Part shown: positions 48,591-58,876 of the stretch, in pieces
Numbering within the stretch: the first letter of the stretch is position 1
Layout of the letters: every line of letters starts with the position of its first letter
Assembly: GCA_021775755.1 (NCBI GenBank)
Contig: JAJFHE010000050.1
Span: 343,842 to 407,841, forward strand
DNA length: 64,000 bases
DNA from: Hyphomicrobiales bacterium
GTDB lineage: Bacteria; Pseudomonadota; Alphaproteobacteria; Rhizobiales; JAJFHB01
Reading direction: 5' to 3'
Program-made: the position numbers and the translations under genes
The notes under the pieces: generated by a model
What the model saw: only the letters and a program-made list of their open reading frames with translations
Databases searched by the model: none
Told to the model about the DNA's origin: nothing

Positions 48591-49796
48591 CTACCGGAAA
48601 AGCGGATCAACGTCAAACAGGCGCTTGTGCTGATCGAGCGCGTAGCGGTCCGTCATTCCGGCGATGAAGTCGCAGACCTGGCGCGCATGTCCGCGGCGCC
48701 CGTCTAGCTCCTCAACCCCCTGCCAGTCGGGCGGCAGCTTATCGGCATGGGACGTGAAGACCTCAAACAAATCCCGCACCACACGTTTGGCGCGGCCCAT
48801 GACGTCCATGACCCGTGCGTGACGGTACATGCGGTGGTGAAGGAAACGCTTCAGGGCGCGGTTGTCCTCCGCCATCTGCGGGGAAAAGCCGACCAGGGGC
48901 CCGGCATGCGCACGCACCGCTTCGGCGCTCGCCGGCGCCGCGGCGGCAATGCGGCGGCGCGTTTCGTCAAGCACGTCTGAAACCATGCGCGAGATCAGGC
49001 GCCGGACGGTTTCATGTACAAGCCTCGTGCGCTCAAGCTCCGGGTATACACCCAGCACATCGCCAAGTGCGGTCCCCACCAGCGGCACATCTCCCAAATC
49101 GATAACTTCAAAGAGACCGGCGCGCAGCCCGTCGTCGATATCATGCGCGTTATACGCAATATCGTCCGAAATCGCCGCGACCTGCGCCTCGAGCGAGGAA
49201 TGGCTTGAAAGCTCCAGATCATGGCTTGTCGCAAAGTCGGCAATCGCGTCCGGCAATCCGGTTTCGAGATAACGTCCCACTGGTTTGCCATCGGTGCCGG
49301 TCAGCGGGCCATTGTGTTTGACAAGCCCTTCCAGCGCTTCCCATGTCAAGTTAAGCCCGTCGAACCGTGCATAGCGTTTTTCCAGATGCGTTACGATGCG
49401 CAGCGATTGCGCGTTGTGATCGAAACCGCCGTGGCGTCGCATGCAGTCGTTGAGCGCATCTTCGCCGGCGTGACCGAAGGGTGTGTGGCCAAGATCATGG
49501 GCAAGCGCGAGAGCCTCGGTAAGGTCTTCATCGAGTTGCAGCGTGCGCGCGATGGTACGTGCGACCTGCGCTACCTCGATGCTGTGCGTGAGGCGCGTGC
49601 GGTAGTGATCGCCTTCGTGATAGACGAAAACCTGTGTCTTGTGTTTGAGGCGGCGGAAAGCGGCGGAATGAATAATGCGGTCGCGGTCGCGCTGAAACGG
49701 CGTGCGGCCGACGGCTTCGTCTTCCGCCAGGAACCGGCCTCGGCTCTCTGCGGCGTTGGACGCGTAGGGTGCGAGCTGATACAAGCCTGATGTCAT
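48591..49796 (-). CDS. dgt: dGTP triphosphohydrolase-like HD-domain protein
   Basis: 401 aa with [24 protein letters not shown]...[14 protein letters not shown]...[10 protein letters not shown]. Confidence 0.9.
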   Translation of the reverse strand: MTSGLYQLAPYASNAAESRGRFLAEDEAVGRTPFQRDRDRIIHSAAFRRLKHKTQVFVYHEGDHYRTRLTHSIEVAQVARTIARTLQLDEDLTEALALAHDLGHTPFGHAGEDALNDCMRRHGGFDHNAQSLRIVTHLEKRYARFDGLNLTWEALEGLVKHNGPLTGTDGKPVGRYLETGLPDAIADFATSHDLELSSHSSLEAQVAAISDDIAYNAHDIDDGLRAGLFEVIDLGDVPLVGTALGDVLGVYPELERTRLVHETVRRLISRMVSDVLDETRRRIAAAAPASAEAVRAHAGPLVGFSPQMAEDNRALKRFLHHRMYRHARVMDVMGRAKRVVRDLFEVFTSHADKLPPDWQGVEELDGRRGHARQVCDFIAGMTDRYALDQHKRLFDVDPLFR

Positions 49797-49819
49797 TTAC
49801 GAGATCATAACCTAGCGGA

Positions 49820-49847
49820 TTGACATTCCCCGCCGCCCTCATAAGTA
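49820..49847 (+). promoter_or_regulatory. Candidate sigma70 promoter for erpA (TTGACA-N16-TAAGTA)
   Basis: Seen directly, about 35 nt upstream of the erpA ATG. Not validated. Confidence 0.3.
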
Positions 49848-49881
49848 TCAGGCAGGGATACCGGACCTTGAGAAGCAGAGC

Positions 49882-50214
49882 ATGACGCAGACACCCGTAA
49901 CACTGAGCGACCGCGCGGCCAAGCGCATAGCGGAGATTTTGTCCGGCGAGACGGCACCCAAGATGCTGCGCGTGTCCGTGTCCGGCGGCGGGTGCTCGGG
50001 CTTTCAGTACGGGTTCGAACTCGACGCGAAACAGCTCGACGACGACCTTGTGCTGGAGAAGCTCGGTGCGACGGTGCTGATCGATTCGGTTTCTCTCATG
50101 TATCTTGAAGGCTCCGAGATCGATTTCGTCGACGATCTGATCGGCGCGGCCTTTCAGGTGAACAATCCAAACGCCACCGCATCGTGCGGCTGCGGCACGA
50201 GCTTTTCAATCTGA
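49882..50214 (+). CDS. erpA: Iron-sulfur cluster insertion protein ErpA (HesB/IscA family)
   Basis: 110 aa with GGGCSGFQY...CGCGTSFSI. Confidence 0.92.
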   Translation: MTQTPVTLSDRAAKRIAEILSGETAPKMLRVSVSGGGCSGFQYGFELDAKQLDDDLVLEKLGATVLIDSVSLMYLEGSEIDFVDDLIGAAFQVNNPNATASCGCGTSFSI

Positions 50215-50256
50215 TTGCGCGGCCAGCGCCGCGGCTCTCTCGAACCGGATCCGGCA

Positions 50257-51438
50257 ATGGTATTCCAGACCAATCCGAGCGTTGCGCGTGTTCTGGACCC
50301 GCCGACCGGCGAAACACGTGCCTGGCTTGCGCAGGGCCCCGCAAAATCAGCCCTGCCCGTTATTGATGCCGCTCAGGCGGTTCCAAATTACCCTCCGGCC
50401 GATGCGCTCATGGCACACCTGTCGCGCTTCGTGCGCGAGCCTGAAAGCGCGTTCTACACGCCGATATTCGGGGTGCCTGACCTCAGAGACGCTCTCGCCG
50501 CGGATATGTCGAAGACATACCCTGCGCCGATTTCCGCCGATCAGGTAGCGATCTCGTCCGGTGGCAATCACGCCTTTTGCATGGCGGTGCTTGCACTCGC
50601 CGGCCCCGGCGACAACATCATCCTTCCCGAACCCTACTACTTCAACCACCAGATGTGGTTCGACATGCAGGGCATCGAAACGCGCGCGCTTATCTGCCAC
50701 GAAGACGATGGCGGCATGGTGCCGGACCTTGCGGAGGCCCAGGCGCTCATCGATTCGCGCACCCGCGCCATCGTTCTCGTAAGCCCGAACAATCCGACCG
50801 GCACCATATTCTCTCCACAACAGCTTCTCGCCTTCTACGAACTTGCCCGCAACAATGCGTTGGCGCTCATCATCGACGAAACCTACCGGGACTTCCTGCC
50901 CAATGGCGCCTCCCCGCACGCGCTCTTTGATCAGGCGGACTGGGGCGATGTTTTCGTGCACCTGTACAGTTTTTCCAAGGTGTTCAGCCTGACCGGGTAC
51001 CGCGTCGGTGCCATCGTCGGCGGCGGCGCGCTCATGGAAGCGGTCGGCAAGATTGCAGACACCATGACCATTTGCGCCCCGCGTGTCGGTCAGGAGGCCG
51101 CCTTGTTCGGACTGCGTGAACTTGGGCACTGGCGTGCCGCAAAGCGCGATGATTTGCTGCAACGCCTCGATCTTCTGGGAGAAGCGTTTGAACGCACGGC
51201 GCCACGCTTCCAGCTGGTGTCGCGCGGCGCCTTCTTCGCCTATCTGAGGCATCCGTTTGCCGGCACCTCGAGCATCGACGTCTCGCGCCGGCTGTTCGAC
51301 GAGGAGAGCCTGCTGACATGGCCTGGAAGTTTCTTCGGCCGGAATCAGGAAGATTATATCCGCCTTGCTTTTGCAAATGCCGATGCGGGCGAAATCGGCG
51401 AAATGGTAGAGCGGCTGGGCCGCGCCGGCGGCATTTGA
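50257..51438 (+). CDS. Class I/II pyridoxal-phosphate aminotransferase
   Basis: About 393 aa from ATG 50257 with SPNNPTG and YSFSKVFSLTGYRVG (PLP Lys). Confidence 0.85.
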   Translation: MVFQTNPSVARVLDPPTGETRAWLAQGPAKSALPVIDAAQAVPNYPPADALMAHLSRFVREPESAFYTPIFGVPDLRDALAADMSKTYPAPISADQVAISSGGNHAFCMAVLALAGPGDNIILPEPYYFNHQMWFDMQGIETRALICHEDDGGMVPDLAEAQALIDSRTRAIVLVSPNNPTGTIFSPQQLLAFYELARNNALALIIDETYRDFLPNGASPHALFDQADWGDVFVHLYSFSKVFSLTGYRVGAIVGGGALMEAVGKIADTMTICAPRVGQEAALFGLRELGHWRAAKRDDLLQRLDLLGEAFERTAPRFQLVSRGAFFAYLRHPFAGTSSIDVSRRLFDEESLLTWPGSFFGRNQEDYIRLAFANADAGEIGEMVERLGRAGGI

Positions 51439-51499
51439 CAGCCGCCTAGGTCATGCGATAGTCGCCCTGCCTTCACCACGCAGCTTTCACGGGGACCGC

Positions 51500-52276
51500 A
51501 TGATCATCGCAACATGGAACGTCAACTCAATCCGCGTGCGGCTCGACAACGCGCTTGCCTGGCTGAAGGAGCGCCAGCCCGATGTCGTCTGCCTGCAGGA
51601 GATAAAGGCAACGGACGAAAATTTCCCGGCAAGCGCCTTTGAGGATGCGGGCTACAATGTTGCGGTGCACGGCCAGAAGACCTTCAACGGTGTCGCCATT
51701 TTGTCGAAGCGGCCGTTCGAGGATGTCCGCACACGCCTGCCCGGAGACGATAACGACGAGCAGGCCCGCTACCTTGAGTGCGTCGTGCCAACCGATGATG
51801 GCGTCATGCGTGTTGCATCGATCTACCTGCCAAACGGCAATCCGGTCGAAACCGAAAAATATCCATACAAACTCGACTGGATGGCGCGGCTTCGTGCGCA
51901 TGCAAGTTCGCTTTTGAGCCTGGAGGAACCGCTGGTGCTGGCCGGCGATTACAACGTTATTCCCGATGCGGGCGATGTCCACAACCCTGAGGCCTGGGCC
52001 GATGACGCACTGTTCCTGCCGCAAACGCGCAATGCGTTCCGCAGCTTACTCAATCTCGGTTTCACGGAAGCGTTCCGGGCGTGCTCATCGCAGGCCGGGC
52101 GTTATTCGTTCTGGGACTATCAGGGTGGCGCGTGGCAGAAGAACCATGGCATCCGCATAGATCATCTGCTTTTGTCGGGCGAAGCCGCCGACCGCCTGAC
52201 CCGGTGCGAGATAGATGATTATGTGCGGGCGTGGGAAAAACCGTCAGATCACGTTCCGGTCTGGATCGAGGTTTAG
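51500..52276 (+). CDS. xthA: Exodeoxyribonuclease III
   Basis: 258 aa with IATWNVNSIRVRL...CLQEIK...SDHVPVWIE. Confidence 0.95.
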   Translation: MIIATWNVNSIRVRLDNALAWLKERQPDVVCLQEIKATDENFPASAFEDAGYNVAVHGQKTFNGVAILSKRPFEDVRTRLPGDDNDEQARYLECVVPTDDGVMRVASIYLPNGNPVETEKYPYKLDWMARLRAHASSLLSLEEPLVLAGDYNVIPDAGDVHNPEAWADDALFLPQTRNAFRSLLNLGFTEAFRACSSQAGRYSFWDYQGGAWQKNHGIRIDHLLLSGEAADRLTRCEIDDYVRAWEKPSDHVPVWIEV

Positions 52277-53184
52277 TTACGCAGCGGGTTCTCGGAGTTC
52301 CACCGAAGTGCCAGACCTTCGGCCATCCGGCGCTCTTCATCGCCGGCATCGATATAGAGTTCTTCGTAGCGGTCGTAGATATCCGGATTAATCTCTTCGC
52401 GGGCGTTTTCAGTGGCGAGGATGTACCACATCAGGCCACGTGCGCGGTCTTGCGGGCGCAGCTCGCCGCGCCAATAAATATCGCCCAGTTGAGCCATTGC
52501 GGAGGCATAGCGTTTTTCCGCCGCCAGATTGAGCCAGCGCATTCCGACCTTGTGATTGGCCGATGTGCCGATACCGCCGAGCAGCATGGTCCCGACCATG
52601 TACTGACCCGCAGCCAATCCGTGGTTTGCGGTAATGCGCAACAGACGGAACGCATACGCTGGACGCGGCTGAATGCCGGCACGCTCGACGCCGGTGTTAT
52701 AAAAGTGCGCGACCCAGAACAGGGCGTCGCGGGTAATACCGAAACGGTCCCTCACCGAGCGGTCGGCATCGAAGTGGCGGGAAACCTGTTCGTAGTATTG
52801 CAGCGACATGGCGCTGTCGGTTCCGACCCCCTGTCCGAGCCGGTACATGCGGGCGAGATGCCATTGCGCGACCATGTCACCATTCGCTGCCAATTCTTCC
52901 CAGATGCTTTTTGCTGTCGCGTAGTCACCGCGCTGATAGGCATCGATGGCGCGTTTTTGATCGTCTGAAAAGAAGGAAACACTGGGGACGAGGCTGCCCG
53001 AGCCCTGCGGGGCGCCTTCGGGCGCCAACTGAGAGGTGGAAGAGCGGCCAAAGGCTTGAAATCCGACCGACAAGTCGATCGATTGTGCCTGCACGGCCGT
53101 GCTCAATGCCACTGCTGTCAAGCTCATGGCAGCGCCAACAGCTGCTCTCTTCAAACGTCCTATACACATGCTACCGGTCCGCAT
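52273..53184 (-). CDS. Periplasmic Sel1-repeat protein, ExoR-like
   Basis: ATG 53184 gives signal peptide MRTGSMCIGRLKRAAVGAAMSLTAVALSTAVQA and Sel1 repeats. The segment MRWLNLAAEKRYASAMAQLGDIYWRGELRPQDRARGLMWYILA resembles my memory of rhizobial ExoR. Location next to xthA matches my recollection of rhizobial gene order. Confidence 0.7.
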   Translation of the reverse strand: MRTGSMCIGRLKRAAVGAAMSLTAVALSTAVQAQSIDLSVGFQAFGRSSTSQLAPEGAPQGSGSLVPSVSFFSDDQKRAIDAYQRGDYATAKSIWEELAANGDMVAQWHLARMYRLGQGVGTDSAMSLQYYEQVSRHFDADRSVRDRFGITRDALFWVAHFYNTGVERAGIQPRPAYAFRLLRITANHGLAAGQYMVGTMLLGGIGTSANHKVGMRWLNLAAEKRYASAMAQLGDIYWRGELRPQDRARGLMWYILATENAREEINPDIYDRYEELYIDAGDEERRMAEGLALRWNSENPLRN

Positions 53185-53425
53185 AGCAGACAACCTCTGC
53201 TTCTTCACCGGAACGGATGCGTGGGCGTGCATCCTTCGTTCCAGTCGTATGTTCAAGTTCCCACAGCGTTGCGCCGTGCATTCCCTGGTCCGGCATGCTC
53301 AGCATTTCGCGGCAGGTGTTCTCATCATTTGCCGCCAACATGCACAATCCGTACGGCGCGGCCTGCGGGGCCTGCATTCCCTGCCACAGCGGCAGACGGT
53401 TGCTGTCAAATGTTCCGGCGTTCAT
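53171..53425 (-). CDS. Hypothetical protein (84 aa), stop overlaps the ExoR-like start (ATGcggaccggTAG)
   Basis: Third-position GC bias is similar to neighbouring genes, and there is a 14-nt coupling overlap. No clear Shine-Dalgarno and no recognised family. Confidence 0.4.
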   Translation of the reverse strand: MNAGTFDSNRLPLWQGMQAPQAAPYGLCMLAANDENTCREMLSMPDQGMHGATLWELEHTTGTKDARPRIRSGEEAEVVCYADR

Positions 53426-53569
53426 AGATCACATCAAATCCGTATGTGTTGCCTCTTGGTGCCACTCCAAGGGAGCTATCCGGCGGTTCCACCGGTGTGA
53501 TTGGCGCCCCACAGCCAAACACGCCTCAAGCGATTCACTCAATGCCCATAAACCTTTAATAACAAACAA

Positions 53570-53587
53570 TGAATCATCTCTGATTCA
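53570..53587. promoter_or_regulatory. 18-bp palindrome TGAATCA-tctc-TGATTCA in the AT-rich region upstream of yjgN-M48; contains two GANTC sites
   Basis: Seen directly. It lies in a roughly 360-nt region that looks distinctly more AT-rich than its flanks (judged by eye, not computed). Confidence 0.4.
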
Positions 53588-53787
53588 GATGAGGCAACGG
53601 TATGAGCGAGACGCTATTTATCTATTAAGGCAAGAAAGTGTTTAATTGTGGCTGAAACTTTGCGTGGCGTAATTATTACGGAGAGTGTTGTATTTTTGCT
53701 ACGCGAATGAGCGCCCCGGACCCGGCACCGGAAAGATGGACATCGTGCCGGTAAACGCATACATGAACGGGCACGGAGGGCGGATCA

Positions 53788-54924
53788 ATGAGCGCAGATC
53801 AGGTAAGCGGCGGTGCTGTCGACGGCGAAGTCCCGGTGAAGATCCAGTATCTGCCGAAACCGGGCCTTGGCGCCCTGGTGATCAAGAATCTCTTCCTCAA
53901 TATCCTGACACTCTTCATATACAGCTTCTGGGCAAAAACCGAAGTGCGCAAGCATATATGGTCATGTGTTCAAGTGATGGACGAGCCCCTGGAATATACT
54001 GGACGCGGGCTTGAACTCTTCCTCGGCTTCATCATAGTGGTGTTTGTCATCATGCTGCCGCTGTCCGCTTTGCAGACTTATGTGGCGCTGGCCAGCGAAG
54101 ACCTTGCGGTTTCCTATCTGGCCAACACGGTGTCCGCCCTGATCATCCTGTTCCTGGTTGGTGTCGGAACCTACCGCGCACGCCGCTACCGACTGAGCCG
54201 TACTCTGTGGCGCGGCATTCGCGGCACGCTTACGGGGTCTTCGTGGCGTTACGGCGCTCAGAGTTTCATCATGCTGATTCTGCTTCCGCTGTCGCTGTTC
54301 TGGACCATGCCGTGGATGAATGTATCGCTCACATCGCGCATGACGCGGGAAATGACCTTCGGCAGCCGGCCGTTTTCATTTTCCGGAGGCTCTGGCCCGC
54401 TGTACAAACCCTTTGCAATTTTCTGGTTCGGCACCACCGTGTTCGCCCTGCCATTTCTGGCGCTGGTTATCTACGGCCTCGTGTTTGCGGCGGGATCGGC
54501 CCTGCTGGGCGATTTCGGTACAGACAACTCCGATGCAACGAACGGGACACTTGTCGAAATCATCGGAGCCGCGGGGCCAATCCTCACTATTGCATTGGCC
54601 GTGCCTCTGTTTTTGTTTCTGCGTGCCTTTTACACCGCGGCGGAGCTGAATTACCTCGCCGCCTGCACGAGCTATGAAAATCTACGGTTCAGATTGCAGG
54701 CAAGCGCATGGAGCCTGGTGGGCCTTATGATCGTAAACACATTGATCCTACTGCTCAGCCTCGGCATCGCCGCACCATTTGTGCAGCAGCGGCTTGTGCG
54801 CTACCTGTGTGACCGCCTGACCGTTGACGGCAGCCTCAACGTCGCCGACATTCTTCAGGCTCAGGGCGAGGCGGACAAAATCGGCGAAGGCATCGCAGAG
54901 GTCTTCGACATTGACGCGTTTTAG
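53788..54924 (+). CDS. YjgN-family (DUF898) inner-membrane protein
   Basis: 378 aa, polytopic, GGAGG Shine-Dalgarno. N-terminal ...FLNILTLFIYSFWAKTEVRKHIW and repeated halves typical of DUF898. Confidence 0.75.
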   Translation: MSADQVSGGAVDGEVPVKIQYLPKPGLGALVIKNLFLNILTLFIYSFWAKTEVRKHIWSCVQVMDEPLEYTGRGLELFLGFIIVVFVIMLPLSALQTYVALASEDLAVSYLANTVSALIILFLVGVGTYRARRYRLSRTLWRGIRGTLTGSSWRYGAQSFIMLILLPLSLFWTMPWMNVSLTSRMTREMTFGSRPFSFSGGSGPLYKPFAIFWFGTTVFALPFLALVIYGLVFAAGSALLGDFGTDNSDATNGTLVEIIGAAGPILTIALAVPLFLFLRAFYTAAELNYLAACTSYENLRFRLQASAWSLVGLMIVNTLILLLSLGIAAPFVQQRLVRYLCDRLTVDGSLNVADILQAQGEADKIGEGIAEVFDIDAF

Positions 54925-54941
54925 CAGGTGATCGGCACACC

Positions 54942-56066
54942 ATGAACACACGACCCGGCCAGAACGCTACATTTCCGGGCCAGTTCTTCGACGGCAAGTC
55001 AGCCATGGCGCAGAAGGTAGTTGTTCGCCTGTCCACCAATGTCATCGTCATGAGCCATGCCGATGGCGAAATCGGGTCGTGGACCTACAAGGATCTTCTG
55101 GCGCCAGAACCTGTTGCGCCGAACAAGCCAACCCGTCTCACCCACGCGACCGCGCCCTATGCGCGCCTTGTTGTCGATGCGCCCGAATTTGCCATCGGCA
55201 TTGTGGAACGCGCGCCGCAGCTCTCCCGCAGAGCTGATCGAAAGCGCACGTTCAAGGTGGTTGCCGCATGTTTCGCCGCCGCCCTGATCGTGGTCGGCGC
55301 GCTATACGCTTTCCTCACAATCGCGCCAAGACAAGCCGCTTTCATGATGCCGGATGAATGGCGCACGAACCTTGGAAATCAAGTCCTGACGGCTGTGGCA
55401 GGCTCATCGCCGCACTGCACGGCGGAGAAAGGCGCAGCAGCCATCAACCAGCTGAGGCAACGCCTCAGCCATGCCGATGCCGGCATCCAGTCGGTCCCGC
55501 AAATTTTCGTCTACGATCTACCGGTCAAGAATGCGTTCGCGCTTCCTGGAGGGCACATCGTGGTCAGCGGCAAACTAGTTCGCGAAGCGACCGGCCCGGA
55601 TGCGCTTGCCGGTGTGCTGGCCCACGAAATGGGGCATGTGGCGCGACGCGATTCGGAAACACAGCTCATTCGCTACCTCGGCATCTCAATTGTCGAGACC
55701 TTGCTGTTCGGCGGCGGCTCGTATCTCTCCGAAACAATCGGCGGGACGGCGGGGTATCTCACATTGCTGCGCTACAGCCGCGATGCAGAACGTCGTGCCG
55801 ACGATCACGCCATAGCACTTTTGCGGGACGCAGGCATTGACCCCGCCGGCCTGATCAGCTTTTTCCGGCAAATTCAGGAAGACAAAGGCGGCAGCGAAGA
55901 AAGCTCGGCCACCGAAGAGACTTTCGCAAGCATCCTCAGCACACACCCAGGCCTTGATGAGCGCATCGAAGTGCTGGAGGCACTTGAGCCGTGGGAGACG
56001 ACCCCCACACTGACCGCGCAACAGTGGCAGGCGCTCATAACGATCTGCAGTCAGGCGGCACAGTAG
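54942..56066 (+). CDS. M48-family zinc metallopeptidase with an N-terminal cytoplasmic domain and one TM segment
   Basis: HEMGHVARRD (HExxH) and TM segment FKVVAACFAAALIVVGALYAFLTIA. Begins 17 nt downstream of yjgN. Confidence 0.85.
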   Translation: MNTRPGQNATFPGQFFDGKSAMAQKVVVRLSTNVIVMSHADGEIGSWTYKDLLAPEPVAPNKPTRLTHATAPYARLVVDAPEFAIGIVERAPQLSRRADRKRTFKVVAACFAAALIVVGALYAFLTIAPRQAAFMMPDEWRTNLGNQVLTAVAGSSPHCTAEKGAAAINQLRQRLSHADAGIQSVPQIFVYDLPVKNAFALPGGHIVVSGKLVREATGPDALAGVLAHEMGHVARRDSETQLIRYLGISIVETLLFGGGSYLSETIGGTAGYLTLLRYSRDAERRADDHAIALLRDAGIDPAGLISFFRQIQEDKGGSEESSATEETFASILSTHPGLDERIEVLEALEPWETTPTLTAQQWQALITICSQAAQ

Positions 56067-56070
56067 TGCG

Positions 56071-58746
56071 TCACGCGGCTCCGACGAGGCGTTGAACTGC
56101 CGCGTTGATCTTGTCACGCCGCGCCTCGGCATCGGCACAACGTTCACGCTGCTCAGCCACCACATGCTCGGGCGCCCGCGACACGAATTTCTCGTTGGCG
56201 AGTTTTGCCTGCAGTTTGGAGATCTCCTGCGCGATTTTATCAAGCTCGCGATTCAGGCGCTCGGTTTCCGCCGATACATCGATAACGTCCGCCAGCGGCA
56301 GCGCGACAACAATTTCGTCAAGAACGACCTGCACCGCGCCTGCCGGTATGTCGGCCGCCGTTTCGAATGTCTGTAGCCGGGCCAGACGCTGGACTTCAGG
56401 GCGCCATGCCTCAACCAGCTCCGATGTATCCGCACCGCCGCCAATGACAAATGCATTGATCTTGGCACCGGCAGGAACGTTCATTTCCGAGCGCACCGAG
56501 CGGATTTCACCGACCAGCCGGATGACCCATTCGATCTGCGCGCCCGCCGCTGCATCGCCGGAGGGCAGGTCCGCCGGCCATTGCGACAAGATCAATTTGC
56601 TTTTGCGCCCGCCGGGACCTGCAAGCTTGGACCACAATTCTTCCGTCACGAAGGGCATGAAGGGGTGGAGCAGATGCAGCATCTGATCGACGACCCAGGC
56701 CGCTGTGGCGCGGGTCTCGGCTTTTGCCTCGGCATCGTCGCCGTTCATTAGAGGTTTCACGATCTCCAGATACCAGTCGCAGAATACCCGCCAGACAAAC
56801 TGATAAATACCGCCAGCTGCTTCGTTGTATTTATGGGCTTCGATACCCTTTGTGACCGCCTCGGCGGCGCGTGCAACCTCGGCTACGATCCAACGGTTTG
56901 CAGTATGCTTGACAGTTGAAGGGTCAAAGCCTTCCACCGGCACGCATTCGTTCATTTCGCAGAACCTCACCGCGTTCCAGAGCTTGGTGGTGAAGTTGCG
57001 ATAGCCCTCGACACGCGATTTTGCGAGTTTGATATCGCGCCCCTGCGCTGCCATCGCCGCAAGCGTAAACCGCAGCGCGTCGGCCCCGTACTCTTCGATC
57101 AACTCGAGCGGGTCGATAATATTGCCCTTGGATTTCGACATCTTCTGCCCGGCCTCGTCGCGCACCAGGGCATGGATGTAGACGGTATCGAACGGAACCT
57201 CCGGCCTGCCCTCGCCGTCCTTCATAAAGTGCAGGCCCATCATCATCATGCGGGCGACCCAGAAAAAGATGATGTCGAAACCGGTGACCAGGACGTCCGT
57301 CTTGTAGTAGCGCGCAAGCTCGGGCGTCTGATCGGGCCAGCCGAGGGTCGAGAACGGCCACAGGGCGGATGAGAACCAGGTGTCGAGCACATCTTCGTCG
57401 CGCACAAGCTCTACGTCGTTGCCGTAATGTGCAAGCGCTGCGGCTTTCGCGTCGGCTTCGCTGTGTTCCACGAACACTTCGCCACCCGGCCCGTACCACG
57501 CCGGGATCTGGTGTCCCCACCACAGCTGGCGCGAGATGCACCACGGCTGAATGTTGCGCATCCACTCAAAGTAGGTTTTTTCCCAATTGCGCGGCACGAA
57601 CTCGGTGTCGCCGCGCTCAACCGCCTCGATGGCTGGTTTGGCAAGGGTTTGCGCATCGACATACCACTGATCTGTCAGCCACGGTTCGGTGACGACATTC
57701 GAGCGGTCGCCATAGGGGATCGTGTGGTCATGATCGTCGATCTTCTCCACAAGGCCTTCCGTCTCAAGATCGGCGACGATCTGCTTGCGCGCCTCGAAAC
57801 GGTCAAGACCGCGGTATTTTTCCGGCGCGTTCTCGTTGAGAACCGCGTGGCCGTCGAAGATGTTGATGAGTTCCAGATCGTGGCGCCGGCCGACTTCGAA
57901 GTCATTGAAATCATGCGCCGGTGTCATCTTGACCGCACCCGACCCCTGCTCCGGATCGGCATACTCATCGGCAACGATCGGCAACTCGCGCCCGACAAGC
58001 GGCAGAACGGCCGTCTTGCCGACAAGGTCGGCATAGCGTTCATCGTCAGGGTGGACCGCCACGCCGCTGTCGCCGAGCATCGTTTCCGGCCGTGTGGTGG
58101 CGACGACAATGTAGCGTCCGGGCTCATCCTTGATGGGATAGCGGAGATGCCAGAGATGGCCCTTGGTCTCGACCTGCATGACCTCCAGATCGGAGATCGC
58201 CGTGAGCAACTTCGGATCCCAGTTGACGAGGCGTTTGTCCTTGTAAATGAGCCCCTGTTTGTAGAGCTCGACAAAGACCTTCAACACCGCCTGCGACAGA
58301 CCATCGTCCATCGTAAAGCGCTCGCGGCGCCAGTCGCACGAAGCGCCCAGCCGGCGCAACTGATTGGTGATGGTGCCGCCGGATTCAGCTTTCCATTCCC
58401 ACACACGCTCGATGAAACGTTCGCGCCCCATGGACCTGCGGTCCGGCTCCTGGTTTTCCATGAGCTGGCGTTCGACGACCATCTGGGTAGCGATACCTGC
58501 GTGGTCCATGCCGGGCTGCCACAGCACGTCTTTGCCACGCATGCGTTCAAAGCGGATGAGGATGTCCTGGATGGTGTTGTTGAGCGCGTGGCCCATATGC
58601 AGTGAGCCGGTGACGTTGGGCGGCGGAATGACGATGCAGTATGAGGGCGCATCCGGCCGCGTCCCGCACTCAAACGCACCGGAGCTTTCCCACTCCTCGT
58701 AGATGCGGTCTTCAATGTCTTTGGGGTTGTACGTCTTGTCCAGCAT
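56071..58746 (-). CDS. valS: Valine--tRNA ligase
   Basis: 891 aa with [13 protein letters not shown] (HIGH), KMSKSKGN and a C-terminal coiled coil. Confidence 0.98.
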   Translation of the reverse strand: MLDKTYNPKDIEDRIYEEWESSGAFECGTRPDAPSYCIVIPPPNVTGSLHMGHALNNTIQDILIRFERMRGKDVLWQPGMDHAGIATQMVVERQLMENQEPDRRSMGRERFIERVWEWKAESGGTITNQLRRLGASCDWRRERFTMDDGLSQAVLKVFVELYKQGLIYKDKRLVNWDPKLLTAISDLEVMQVETKGHLWHLRYPIKDEPGRYIVVATTRPETMLGDSGVAVHPDDERYADLVGKTAVLPLVGRELPIVADEYADPEQGSGAVKMTPAHDFNDFEVGRRHDLELINIFDGHAVLNENAPEKYRGLDRFEARKQIVADLETEGLVEKIDDHDHTIPYGDRSNVVTEPWLTDQWYVDAQTLAKPAIEAVERGDTEFVPRNWEKTYFEWMRNIQPWCISRQLWWGHQIPAWYGPGGEVFVEHSEADAKAAALAHYGNDVELVRDEDVLDTWFSSALWPFSTLGWPDQTPELARYYKTDVLVTGFDIIFFWVARMMMMGLHFMKDGEGRPEVPFDTVYIHALVRDEAGQKMSKSKGNIIDPLELIEEYGADALRFTLAAMAAQGRDIKLAKSRVEGYRNFTTKLWNAVRFCEMNECVPVEGFDPSTVKHTANRWIVAEVARAAEAVTKGIEAHKYNEAAGGIYQFVWRVFCDWYLEIVKPLMNGDDAEAKAETRATAAWVVDQMLHLLHPFMPFVTEELWSKLAGPGGRKSKLILSQWPADLPSGDAAAGAQIEWVIRLVGEIRSVRSEMNVPAGAKINAFVIGGGADTSELVEAWRPEVQRLARLQTFETAADIPAGAVQVVLDEIVVALPLADVIDVSAETERLNRELDKIAQEISKLQAKLANEKFVSRAPEHVVAEQRERCADAEARRDKINAAVQRLVGAA

Positions 58747-58876
58747 GCGGGCGTGTCCATGGTCTCGATGTGCCGCTGTCGCACGGCACGCATCTGTCGC
58801 GTCTGCGCGCTTTAAACATCACGCCGGGCGCAGTTTCAACTCATCAATGTCACTAATGGCGGGAAACGGGTGCGGC

